Shown here: piece after piece, positions 9,101 to 16,618 of the stretch
Layout of the letters: every line of letters starts with the position of its first letter
Numbering within the stretch: position 1 is the first letter of the stretch
NCBI GenBank assembly: GCA_009773515.1
Contig: WSXX01000023.1
Coordinates: forward strand, 3,971 to 67,970
Length of the DNA stretch: 64,000 nucleotides
Direction of reading: 5' to 3'
Source of the DNA: Bacteroidota bacterium
GTDB taxonomy: Bacteria > Bacteroidota > Bacteroidia > Bacteroidales > Lentimicrobiaceae
Position numbers and translations under genes: made by a program
The notes under the pieces: generated by a model
Told to the model about the DNA's origin: nothing
Seen by the model: only the letters and a program-made list of their open reading frames with translations
Databases searched by the model: none

Positions 9101-11558
9101 GAAAATCAGCGATAAGCATCTACCCAATATTTACATCAGTGCCACGCTGATCCGTAAAAACGATCAGTCGGGTCTTCCGCTGACTGTTGGCCACGGCTAT
9201 GCCAGCCTGAAAGTTGACAATCCCAACCACAACCTGATAGTCAGTATTGAGGCTCCATCAAAAATCAGATCAAAAACCAATCAGCAGATCAAAGTTAAAA
9301 CCTCGCCCGGAGCTGAAGTTACTTTGGCTGTGGTTGACGAAGGAATTTTACAGATTACCTCCTATCCTACCCCCGATCCGTACAACTGGTTTTATGGAAA
9401 AAGGGCGCTTGAAGTCCGGTCATATGATCTTTTTGATGAACTGTTCCCGGAACTGGGGAGCCAGTCATCAAGCGGCGGAGATGGGGGCTTCGATCTGGGC
9501 AGCAGGTTGAATCCACTCACAAGCAAACGTGTTAAACTGCTTTCATTATGGAGTGGTATTCAAAAAGCCAATTCCTCGGGCGAAGTAACATTTAATGCCT
9601 CCATTCCTGCGTTTTCGGGTGCTGTAAGAATAATGGCTGTAGCTTACAAAGGCAATCAGTTCGGATCATCACACAAAGAAATGAAAGTGGCAGACCCGCT
9701 GGTTATCAGCAGTTCACTGCCTCGGTTCCTCAGTCCGGGCGATATTGCCGAAGTGGTGGTTACCCTGACAAATACAACATCTAAACCACTGACAGCATCG
9801 TTAAAAACAATGACCTCAGGCCCGGTTTCTGCCGGAAAATTCGGCGATGCATCAATCAGCATTCCTGCAAACAGCGAAGTTCAGACATTGTACAGGCTTA
9901 CGGCTGAAAATGCAATCGGACAGGCAAACATTAAAGTTCAGGCAAGTGCTTCAGGTGAAACCTTTACCGACGAAACCGACATAACGGTGAGGCCGGCGGC
10001 TACACTTGAAAAATCAGCCGTCTCAGGCACCATCAAAGCCGGCAGCAAAATCACACTCAAGTCAGAAGAAAAGTTTCTTGAAAGCACAGCTAAATCTACT
10101 TTATTACTTACCCGTTCACCTGCAGGACGTTATGCCAAAGACCTGAGCAATCTGGTGAATTATCCTTACGGTTGTCTGGAGCAAACCATTTCGGCTGCAT
10201 TTCCGCAGATTTACTTTTCTGATCTTGCAAAAATGCTAAAGCAGGACCAAAATGCAGTCAGATATAATACGGCCGAAAACATCAATGCAGCAATTCTGAA
10301 AATTTCAGCAATGCAGCAATATAATGGAGGTCTTGTCACCTGGCCCTCAGGCGGTGAAGTCAGTTGGTGGACAACCGCTTATGCCGGAAACTTCCTTTAT
10401 GAAGCAGGAAAAGGCGGATATGCTGTTAATCAGGCTGTTGTAGATAATATTCTGAGGTTCCTTACCGAAAAGGCAAAACAAAAGCCTTCAACTGAATACT
10501 ATTACAAAACCGAAGGAAGCAACGCATGGCAGAAAAGAGTTCAGGCAAACCGTGAAATTTTTTATTCACTTTATGTGCTTGCGCTTAATGGAAAACAGCA
10601 TCTGCCCACGATGAATTATTACAAAGCCCGAACCGATGAGATGAGCCTTGACAGCCGCTATATGCTGGCCTGTACTTATGCTTTGGTGGGTGACTCGAAA
10701 AGCTTCCAGTCCTTACTTCCAAAAACGTGGTTACTTTCTGAAGAAGCAATGGTAGAAACCGGAGGAGGTTACAGTTCACCACTCCGCAACAAAGCCATTG
10801 CATTATATACGCTGCTGAATGCAGACCCTGACAATCAGCAGATTGCTGTAATGGCAAGGCAGGTTGGTGATATGTTAACCACAAAATCGTGGATATCAAC
10901 TCAGGAACAGGCTTTCTCAATGCTTGCCCTGGGCAAACTTGCAGGACAAGTTTCCAATGATAAAGCTACAGCACAAATAGAAGTCGCTGGACGCAAAACG
11001 GCTTCATTTACCGGAGAAGACCTGATTTCTAACCTTACCGGACAAACTGCAACCATTACTGCTGGTGGCTCCGGAAGCTTATTCTATTACTTTGAAACAC
11101 AGGGAATTCCTGCTGTAAACTCTGACAGGGAGGAAGACAATGTGCTGGTGGTGAGAAGGAGGTTCTTCGACAGAAGCGGCAAAGCGGTGAACAGTTATGA
11201 ATTTAAACAGCATGAACTCCTGGTTGTGGAACTTACACTGAATACAACCGACAACAGCCTGATTGACAATGTGGTAATAACCGATATGCTGCCTGCATGT
11301 TTTGAGGTGGAAAACACCAGACTTACTGCCGAACGGGAAATGGAATGGACCAAAAACAGATCATTTCCACAGCACATCGATTTCCGCGACGACCGGGTTA
11401 ACCTTTTTACTCAGGCTGACGGACAGTCCAGAAAGTTCTATTACATGGTAAGAGTGGTTGGAAAAGGAACTTTCAAACATGGTCCGGTGAGCGCGGAAGC
11501 CATGTACAACGGACTTTTCTATTCATATTCAGGTTCTGCTACAGTTACAGTGAAATAA
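6156..11558 (+). CDS. Bacterial alpha-2-macroglobulin (YfhM-like) lipoprotein
   Basis: 1800 aa; lipobox-like IFSC; MG-domain DRNLYRPGD; thioester motif YPYGCLEQ; C-terminal DMLPACFEVEN/RDDRV. Confidence 0.92.
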   Translation: MSVKKNRTGQILIILTALIFSCSTPGSLKLESTNFEGQIDPFQNLEFTFNQDLAPDSLIEKWDTTAYIAFEPSINGRYKWVAPAKLVFIPSVPFAPNTDYRAVINKEISRFATKPLKAEQEEILFHTPYLTIERTNAYWGLSEGDKNLVQLRMNVVFNYPVNRDDIRKYLNIKIKDQTKGFDIIEASNSNTIEIAIPTTNKDDINGDLNLLLLKGMKCIGSSRALPEDLNFNVPVPPRDRLEISDVATEFQDGEGIIFVFTSQPVVEKGLKNLIKIEPEVDFTVVTIGNGFKVTGGFADGQSYDLSISGKLKGIFGPSLDSDFKQAVTFGTLQPYLAFSDQNSLYLTSQGSRNLGLSLINIPKLRITVFKVFENNIQHYMRSGKSWDWHYENDEYYDSYGYNLDENFGKVISTREIDTRSLPKKGNLRLLNLKPEELELSSDMKGIYLIKAESTEKQWLSDVQMVSVSDIGLIVKQGADEVLVAARSIATAQPIEGVKIRFFSRSNQMIHEASTGSDGNLIFKDIKKTAPGFDISMISARKNEDFNILLYDRSSIETSRFDVGGKRTSGQIYDVFIYGDRNLYRPGDSVHCNAIVRSFAWETIRDIPVKFRVISPDGKDLLIRRAQLNSNGAAQLNFALSASALTGSYMVEVLSGNDVMLGNYRISVEEFMPDRIKVEAIPGKTTYKPGEILSVNITASNLFGPPATNRKVENELRISRKAFYPKKFSEFNFFVKTTSEIYFENQISEGITDANGKFQQEFALPDFEQIGLLDAKVFTTVFDETGRAVNRFSQVEVVTQDVMLGIKHLPGWVSTRKPLSVSLIAINRQETPVKAKARIEVVHLKWETVLERNYGRTSYRSQKKESVVMSREVSIAQSGYSFQFSPPTSGEYEVRISNEKSSNYVVSGFYAYGWSDFGSSAFFVNREGEIGIETDKTQYKPGEHANILFKTPFEGELLVTVEQDRVLEYYSLKADASGASMKLKISDKHLPNIYISATLIRKNDQSGLPLTVGHGYASLKVDNPNHNLIVSIEAPSKIRSKTNQQIKVKTSPGAEVTLAVVDEGILQITSYPTPDPYNWFYGKRALEVRSYDLFDELFPELGSQSSSGGDGGFDLGSRLNPLTSKRVKLLSLWSGIQKANSSGEVTFNASIPAFSGAVRIMAVAYKGNQFGSSHKEMKVADPLVISSSLPRFLSPGDIAEVVVTLTNTTSKPLTASLKTMTSGPVSAGKFGDASISIPANSEVQTLYRLTAENAIGQANIKVQASASGETFTDETDITVRPAATLEKSAVSGTIKAGSKITLKSEEKFLESTAKSTLLLTRSPAGRYAKDLSNLVNYPYGCLEQTISAAFPQIYFSDLAKMLKQDQNAVRYNTAENINAAILKISAMQQYNGGLVTWPSGGEVSWWTTAYAGNFLYEAGKGGYAVNQAVVDNILRFLTEKAKQKPSTEYYYKTEGSNAWQKRVQANREIFYSLYVLALNGKQHLPTMNYYKARTDEMSLDSRYMLACTYALVGDSKSFQSLLPKTWLLSEEAMVETGGGYSSPLRNKAIALYTLLNADPDNQQIAVMARQVGDMLTTKSWISTQEQAFSMLALGKLAGQVSNDKATAQIEVAGRKTASFTGEDLISNLTGQTATITAGGSGSLFYYFETQGIPAVNSDREEDNVLVVRRRFFDRSGKAVNSYEFKQHELLVVELTLNTTDNSLIDNVVITDMLPACFEVENTRLTAEREMEWTKNRSFPQHIDFRDDRVNLFTQADGQSRKFYYMVRVVGKGTFKHGPVSAEAMYNGLFYSYSGSATVTVK

Positions 11559-11560
11559 AT

Positions 11561-12583
11561 ATGGACATTGACTATTTGGAATTAAGTAATGAACTTAAGC
11601 TTTGGTTGCTGCTGTTTCGCAGCGATCTGTTTCAGCAACCATGGCTTTTTATCTTCATTGCCTGGCTATCAACTTTCGTGATAAGTGGATTTTTCATCAG
11701 ACCCGTTAGTCTGATCGGAAAATCTTTAGAAAAAAAGAAACCAGGGTTTGTCAGCATTGTAATATCAAGTCTGTTTTTATCCTTAATTTCCGGGCTTTTC
11801 AATACTTTGGTTCCATACATTGTAACCGTATGGTTATGGATATTTCTGCTGCCTTTTATCATAAGCCTGCTTACCGGAGTTTTTTATTATTTAATCAACA
11901 GAAACAATAAAATACTCCATAATTCAATTGCCATTTTTACGGCCAATTTTTACATTGAAGCCGATAAATCTATTTTGCAAGGAATAAAACAGGTATTGCG
12001 AAGGCAAATCTGGGAGCAACCACAAACACTGATCGGGCATGGAATAGGTCAGGTGCTGAATAGCACAGGTTTTATTACGGGCGTTGCGCTGAGCGACGGA
12101 ATTGCAGTTCTGTCAGGAAACATACCACTGGCCAATGGCGTTTGCTTTGGCTCCTATATTCTGGTAACAAGCAGATACTCAGGAACTGACACACATCTTG
12201 ATGTTTCGGAACGCAACTCTTATATGATGGTACTTATCAGACATGAGCTGGGGCACACCATTCAAAGCCGTTTCAGTGGGCCGCTCTATCTGTTTAAATA
12301 CGGAATTCCGAGTGCCATGAGTCAGGGCTGGACAGAAAAAGATGCTGAATTCAGATCAGACCGATATCTGCTGATCAATTACGGGCTTCCACCGGTTTTT
12401 TCATCCTATCAGAAAGATCACCGTCCGGCAAATGCCGGGACTGCTGCCTACTTACTGATGTTGATCGTTATGATCTGGGGAGCCTTTTGGGGCGCTACTG
12501 CCGGTTTTTTTGGCGCTTATCTGTTTGTAGCCGGTATCATTGCACTTTTTAATCTTGGCAAACTACAAAACAAGATTCTTTAG
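11561..12583 (+). CDS. Membrane protein with an HExxH (RHELGH) putative zinc-peptidase domain
   Basis: Several N-terminal hydrophobic helices, RHELGHTIQS...WTEKDAE, C-terminal TM pair; starts 2 nt after the A2M stop. Confidence 0.6.
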   Translation: MDIDYLELSNELKLWLLLFRSDLFQQPWLFIFIAWLSTFVISGFFIRPVSLIGKSLEKKKPGFVSIVISSLFLSLISGLFNTLVPYIVTVWLWIFLLPFIISLLTGVFYYLINRNNKILHNSIAIFTANFYIEADKSILQGIKQVLRRQIWEQPQTLIGHGIGQVLNSTGFITGVALSDGIAVLSGNIPLANGVCFGSYILVTSRYSGTDTHLDVSERNSYMMVLIRHELGHTIQSRFSGPLYLFKYGIPSAMSQGWTEKDAEFRSDRYLLINYGLPPVFSSYQKDHRPANAGTAAYLLMLIVMIWGAFWGATAGFFGAYLFVAGIIALFNLGKLQNKIL

Positions 12584-12888
12584 AAAACCAATTGAATATC
12601 ATATCTGAAATCATTGTTGTCCGGGGAAAGTTTCGAATAATATTCCAAATGACTGATATTGCTGCTCTTTGACAAAAGTTGTAGAACAGTACCGTACTCT
12701 ATTAAATATGCCACCAATGCACTAAATCACCAAAAATCACCAATTTAATTAATTCATTTTGTGTATTTTGGAGTCTTGGAGATTTTGTGGCAAGAATCTT
12801 TTCGATTATTACCGGACAATATTAATCTGAAATCAAAAAAAAGCCCCGTTCCGAAAAACAGGGCAACATCTTTTTTAGTGAGAAACAA

Positions 12889-13386
12889 TCAGAAAGGCCA
12901 GAACTGGTTGTCGTACCAGATATCCTCTTTCAGTTGTTCATTAAGTTCATGCAGCACCTTGTGGTGACCTCTTTCCCAATCGGCAAGCCACGAAAAAAGT
13001 TCCTTTTCATTCGGATCAGTTGCCGCTGCAGCTTGTTTCGAATAAACTTCAATGGCTTTGGTTTCCATGTCGATGGCTGCAGAAATGGCTGCTGCTTCGA
13101 AACTTGCCGCTGAAATCTGTTTTTTGATATCGCCCGACAAAATCTCATCAACAATCCCGGCATCTGCTTTCAATTCGATCTTGTCAAATTTCTGATTCTT
13201 ATTGTAGTTGGCAAATTGCTTCGACAGAAACTCAACATGAGTCTGCTCTTCTTCAGCCATCATTGTAAAAATCTTCTTTACGTCTTCGCTCTTGGTTTGC
13301 TGAGCAACCATTTCGTAAAAAGCTTTCCCGCGCTTTTCCATCAGAATGGCGGTTTTTAAAATCTCATTTGATTGTGTATTTTCCAT
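12889..13386 (-). CDS. Ferritin-like/rubrerythrin-family diiron protein
   Basis: Duplicated E..ExxH pattern (MEKRG...EEEQTH; METKA...WERGHH). Confidence 0.85.
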   Translation of the reverse strand: MENTQSNEILKTAILMEKRGKAFYEMVAQQTKSEDVKKIFTMMAEEEQTHVEFLSKQFANYNKNQKFDKIELKADAGIVDEILSGDIKKQISAASFEAAAISAAIDMETKAIEVYSKQAAAATDPNEKELFSWLADWERGHHKVLHELNEQLKEDIWYDNQFWPF

Positions 13387-13507
13387 TTTATTTGAATTTT
13401 ATTTGTGTGAAAGTCGAAGCTCGGAGCGATGTACAAACCTACAAAATTTATTTCTAGAAAAACACTTATGGCTTTAAGAAAGTTTTCGCCGCGGGCATAT
13501 TAATCTA

Positions 13508-13515
13508 TAAATTTG
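13508..13515 (+). promoter_or_regulatory. Bacteroidota -7 promoter box
   Basis: TAAATTTG matches TAnnTTTG, 45 nt upstream of the kinase ATG. Confidence 0.5.
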
Positions 13516-13560
13516 CAATTCCGGCCTTAATGTCAATGGTGTGGCTTTGTTTAAAAATAA

Positions 13561-14976
13561 ATGAAGGATAACTCAAACGTTTTAAGGGAATTGTTTCGCA
13601 GTTGGAGTGGAGAAGAATCCATAAAAGCTGAAGAATTGCCCGCATCCGGCTCTGACCGGAAATATTACCGTATCAACAGCCGCGAAACTCAGGCTATTGG
13701 CGCCTGGAATAATGATCTGAATGAGAATCAGGCATTCATCAGCTTTGCAAAACATTTTATTTCTCAGGGGTTGCCCGTTCCTGAAGTTTATCTGGCCGAT
13801 GATTCCGGCAAATACTATCTTCAGTCCGATCTGGGCGATGCCACACTTTTCTCCATGCTCGCTGAGGAAGGTTTGACTAACCATGTTAAAGACATTTACC
13901 GGCAGGTAATTCACTGGCTTCCCCGGTTTCAGATTGATGGAGCCAAAGGCCTTGACTTCTCAGTATGTTATCCCCGCGCAGCATTCGATAAACAGTCGAT
14001 GATGTGGGACCTCAATTATTTTAAGTATTATTTTGTCAGGCTTTCGGGGCAGGGATTTAACGAACAGGGGCTTGAAGATGATTTTACACGCCTTACCAAT
14101 TTTCTTTTAGAAGCAAAGAATTCATTCTTTTTGTATCGCGATTTTCAGTCACGAAATGTGATGATCGTCGGAAACAGACCCTATTTTATTGATTTTCAGG
14201 GTGGAAGACAAGGGCCTTTGCAATATGATATTGCTTCGCTTTTATTTGATGCCAAAGCCAACCTGCCCAACGATTTCAGAGAAGAACTGCTAAAACTGTA
14301 CATCTCTGAAGCCCGCACACTCACCGACTTTGATGAAACTGAATTCCTGAAATACTATTACGGCTTCGTACTGATCAGAATACTTCAGGCGCTTGGAGCT
14401 TATGGTTTCCGGGGTTTTTATCAGAAAAAGGAACACTTTCTGCAAAGCATTCCATACGCACTCGATAACATTGAATATCTGCTCAAGCATCACCATCCTG
14501 AAATTGATTTTCCGGAACTGGAAAAACTGCTGCGATCATTTACCCAAAGCGAACACCTCAGAAGCTATGCAAAACCCGGGTTAAAAGTAAAAATCAGCAG
14601 TTTCTCCTATAAATACGGAATACCCGAAGACAAAAGCGGCAACGGCGGTGGATTTGTATTCGATTGCAGGGCTTTGCCCAACCCGGGTCGTCTTGCTGAA
14701 TATCAGAACCTAACCGGCAAAGACAATTCAGTAAAGCAATACCTTTCAGCGCAAAGCGAAACCGGTTTATTTCTTGCCAGCGTCTATTCAATTGTTGATC
14801 AGGCTGTTGAAAATTATATCAACCGGGGTTTTGAAAACCTTATGGTGAACTTCGGATGCACCGGAGGTCAGCACCGTTCGGTTTACTGTGCCGAACAACT
14901 ATCAGCACATCTAAACAAAAGGTATCGATTAAATATCGTTCCCGATCATACCCAAAGCAATTCGTGGCCCGGGTAA
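13561..14976 (+). CDS. AmgK-like anomeric MurNAc/GlcNAc kinase fused to a RapZ C-terminal-like domain
   Basis: SGSDRKYYR, RDFQSRN, IDFQG phosphotransferase motifs; C-terminal SFSYKYG, FVFDCRALPNP, GCTGGQHRSV. Confidence 0.8.
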   Translation: MKDNSNVLRELFRSWSGEESIKAEELPASGSDRKYYRINSRETQAIGAWNNDLNENQAFISFAKHFISQGLPVPEVYLADDSGKYYLQSDLGDATLFSMLAEEGLTNHVKDIYRQVIHWLPRFQIDGAKGLDFSVCYPRAAFDKQSMMWDLNYFKYYFVRLSGQGFNEQGLEDDFTRLTNFLLEAKNSFFLYRDFQSRNVMIVGNRPYFIDFQGGRQGPLQYDIASLLFDAKANLPNDFREELLKLYISEARTLTDFDETEFLKYYYGFVLIRILQALGAYGFRGFYQKKEHFLQSIPYALDNIEYLLKHHHPEIDFPELEKLLRSFTQSEHLRSYAKPGLKVKISSFSYKYGIPEDKSGNGGGFVFDCRALPNPGRLAEYQNLTGKDNSVKQYLSAQSETGLFLASVYSIVDQAVENYINRGFENLMVNFGCTGGQHRSVYCAEQLSAHLNKRYRLNIVPDHTQSNSWPG

Positions 14977-15108
14977 AAACCCTTCGCCTTTTCTTTTGTT
15001 TATGTTTTTTTGAAGGAGTACAATTGTTCGGTCAGTAAAAAATGATTTACTTGTTTTTATCACTTAACGATTCTGCCAAATTCTGAAATTCAATAAAACA
15101 AAAGACTG

Positions 15109-15237
15109 ATGAGCAAAACCATGTGCGAAAAAGGTAAAAAGGGAGAAAAAGACACCGGTGAACCACGCTTTAAATGTAAAAAATGCGGTGCACTGGTAAA
15201 AAAAGAAAAACAGGTATGCAAGCCTAAAGAAATGTAA
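15109..15237 (+). CDS. 42-aa Lys-rich Cys4 microprotein, absent from the ORF track
   Basis: Hand translation MSKTMCEKGKKGEKDTGEPRFKCKKCGALVKKEKQVCKPKEM; co-directional, ends 9 nt before the next ATG. Confidence 0.6.
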   Translation: MSKTMCEKGKKGEKDTGEPRFKCKKCGALVKKEKQVCKPKEM

Positions 15238-15246
15238 ACTTTCAAT

Positions 15247-15636
15247 ATGGACTTAACAACTGGCTCCTTCAACATTGAAGAATTCAAATCACAAGAGGAG
15301 GTCATCAGGCAAACAGTCAACCAGATTATTAAAGATTTTGCCATGTTCGGCATGGATGTGGAATTCCCGCCCGACATGAAAATGGTGTATCCCCATCTTT
15401 TTAGTCAGCTTGAGATGCATATTTCGGGTTTACTTACCAGAAATGTTCAAAAACTTTCAGCCTTGTTATATCAGATAGATATCCCTGAAATACAGATAAT
15501 TAAATCATGGGAAGAGCATCCTGAATTCACGCATTCGCAGGTGATAACCGAACTTGTAATTTACAGAGAACTCAAAAAAGTGGTTTTCAGGAATTATTAT
15601 AAACATTACAAACTTAAAGATGAGGACGGAGAATGA
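15247..15636 (+). CDS. Hypothetical 129-aa helical protein
   Basis: ORF overlaps the downstream gene by ATGA; LLYQIDIPE...RELKKVVFR looks protein-like. Confidence 0.6.
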   Translation: MDLTTGSFNIEEFKSQEEVIRQTVNQIIKDFAMFGMDVEFPPDMKMVYPHLFSQLEMHISGLLTRNVQKLSALLYQIDIPEIQIIKSWEEHPEFTHSQVITELVIYRELKKVVFRNYYKHYKLKDEDGE

Positions 15637-16358
15637 AAGCCATGATTCTGGCGGCAGGACTGGGAAGCCGGCTCCGACCCCTTACCGATAACCGTCCAAA
15701 AGTACTGCTCAGTGCCGGGCCTTACACATTACTCGAATTTGCCATCCGAAAGCTGAAAGCCGCCGGATTTGATGAACTTATTATAAATGTACATCACATG
15801 GCGCCTATGGTTGTGAGCTATCTTGAAGATAACCACAACTTTGGCTGCAACATCAGAATTTCAGACGAAACAAACGCCTTGCTCGACACCGGAGGCGGAA
15901 TTTCAAAAGCATCCTGGTTTTTTGACGATGGCAAACCGTTTCTCGTTTACAACGCAGACATTGTCGGTGATATGGATCTTGCTGAGTTTTACCGTCAACA
16001 TACAAAAAACAATGCCTTGGCAACCTTATCCGTAAGAGATCGAAAAACAAACCGATACCTGGTTTTCGATTCAGAAATGAGGCTATGCGGATGGGAAAAT
16101 ACCGAAAGCGGTGAAAAACGGATGGCATTTCAGGAAACGGAAACCCGGGCCTACCCTTTCAGCGGAATCCACATGATTGATCCGAAGATATTTGCTTTTA
16201 TGGATAAAGGCAAATTTTCCATTATCGACACCTATCTGGCGCTGGCAAATGATCATCTGATCAAAGGATGGGTTGACAAATCACAACTCTGGGCCGATGC
16301 CGGTAAACCCGACAGCCTTGCAAAAGCAGGAGAAATAGCTACACAGATTAAATTCTGA
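15633..16358 (+). CDS. MurU-like sugar-1-phosphate nucleotidyltransferase
   Basis: MKAMILAAGLGSRLRPLT..PK, LDTGGG, YNADI; clustered with the AmgK-like kinase. Confidence 0.8.
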   Translation: MKAMILAAGLGSRLRPLTDNRPKVLLSAGPYTLLEFAIRKLKAAGFDELIINVHHMAPMVVSYLEDNHNFGCNIRISDETNALLDTGGGISKASWFFDDGKPFLVYNADIVGDMDLAEFYRQHTKNNALATLSVRDRKTNRYLVFDSEMRLCGWENTESGEKRMAFQETETRAYPFSGIHMIDPKIFAFMDKGKFSIIDTYLALANDHLIKGWVDKSQLWADAGKPDSLAKAGEIATQIKF

Positions 16359-16618
16359 TGAATGTGCTGTTTTTTCAGCTTTGTTCCCTGATCACATTGA
16401 TTAATCCTGTTTTTCTTTTTCCCGAACTATACTCCGTTGATAAAAGTGCTAAATTTATCCTCTTGAAATATGCCGGCATTCCGTAATATCGGGAAAGCAG
16501 CCCAATCAAAAAAATTACCAGAACAAGAATACCTGATATTCAGGATTATAAATCTTTGCCGGAATATTTACACAGGAAATCAATCTAAATGACATCGGCA
16601 TACCGAACTCCATAAAAA

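Noticed and set aside
12761-12967. 68-aa ORF in the spacer
   Set aside because: Non-ATG start, overlaps the ferritin-like gene and its terminator, no motif.
13413-13432. AGTCGAAG REP-like remnant
   Set aside because: Only about 8 bp match the REP consensus, too short to support.
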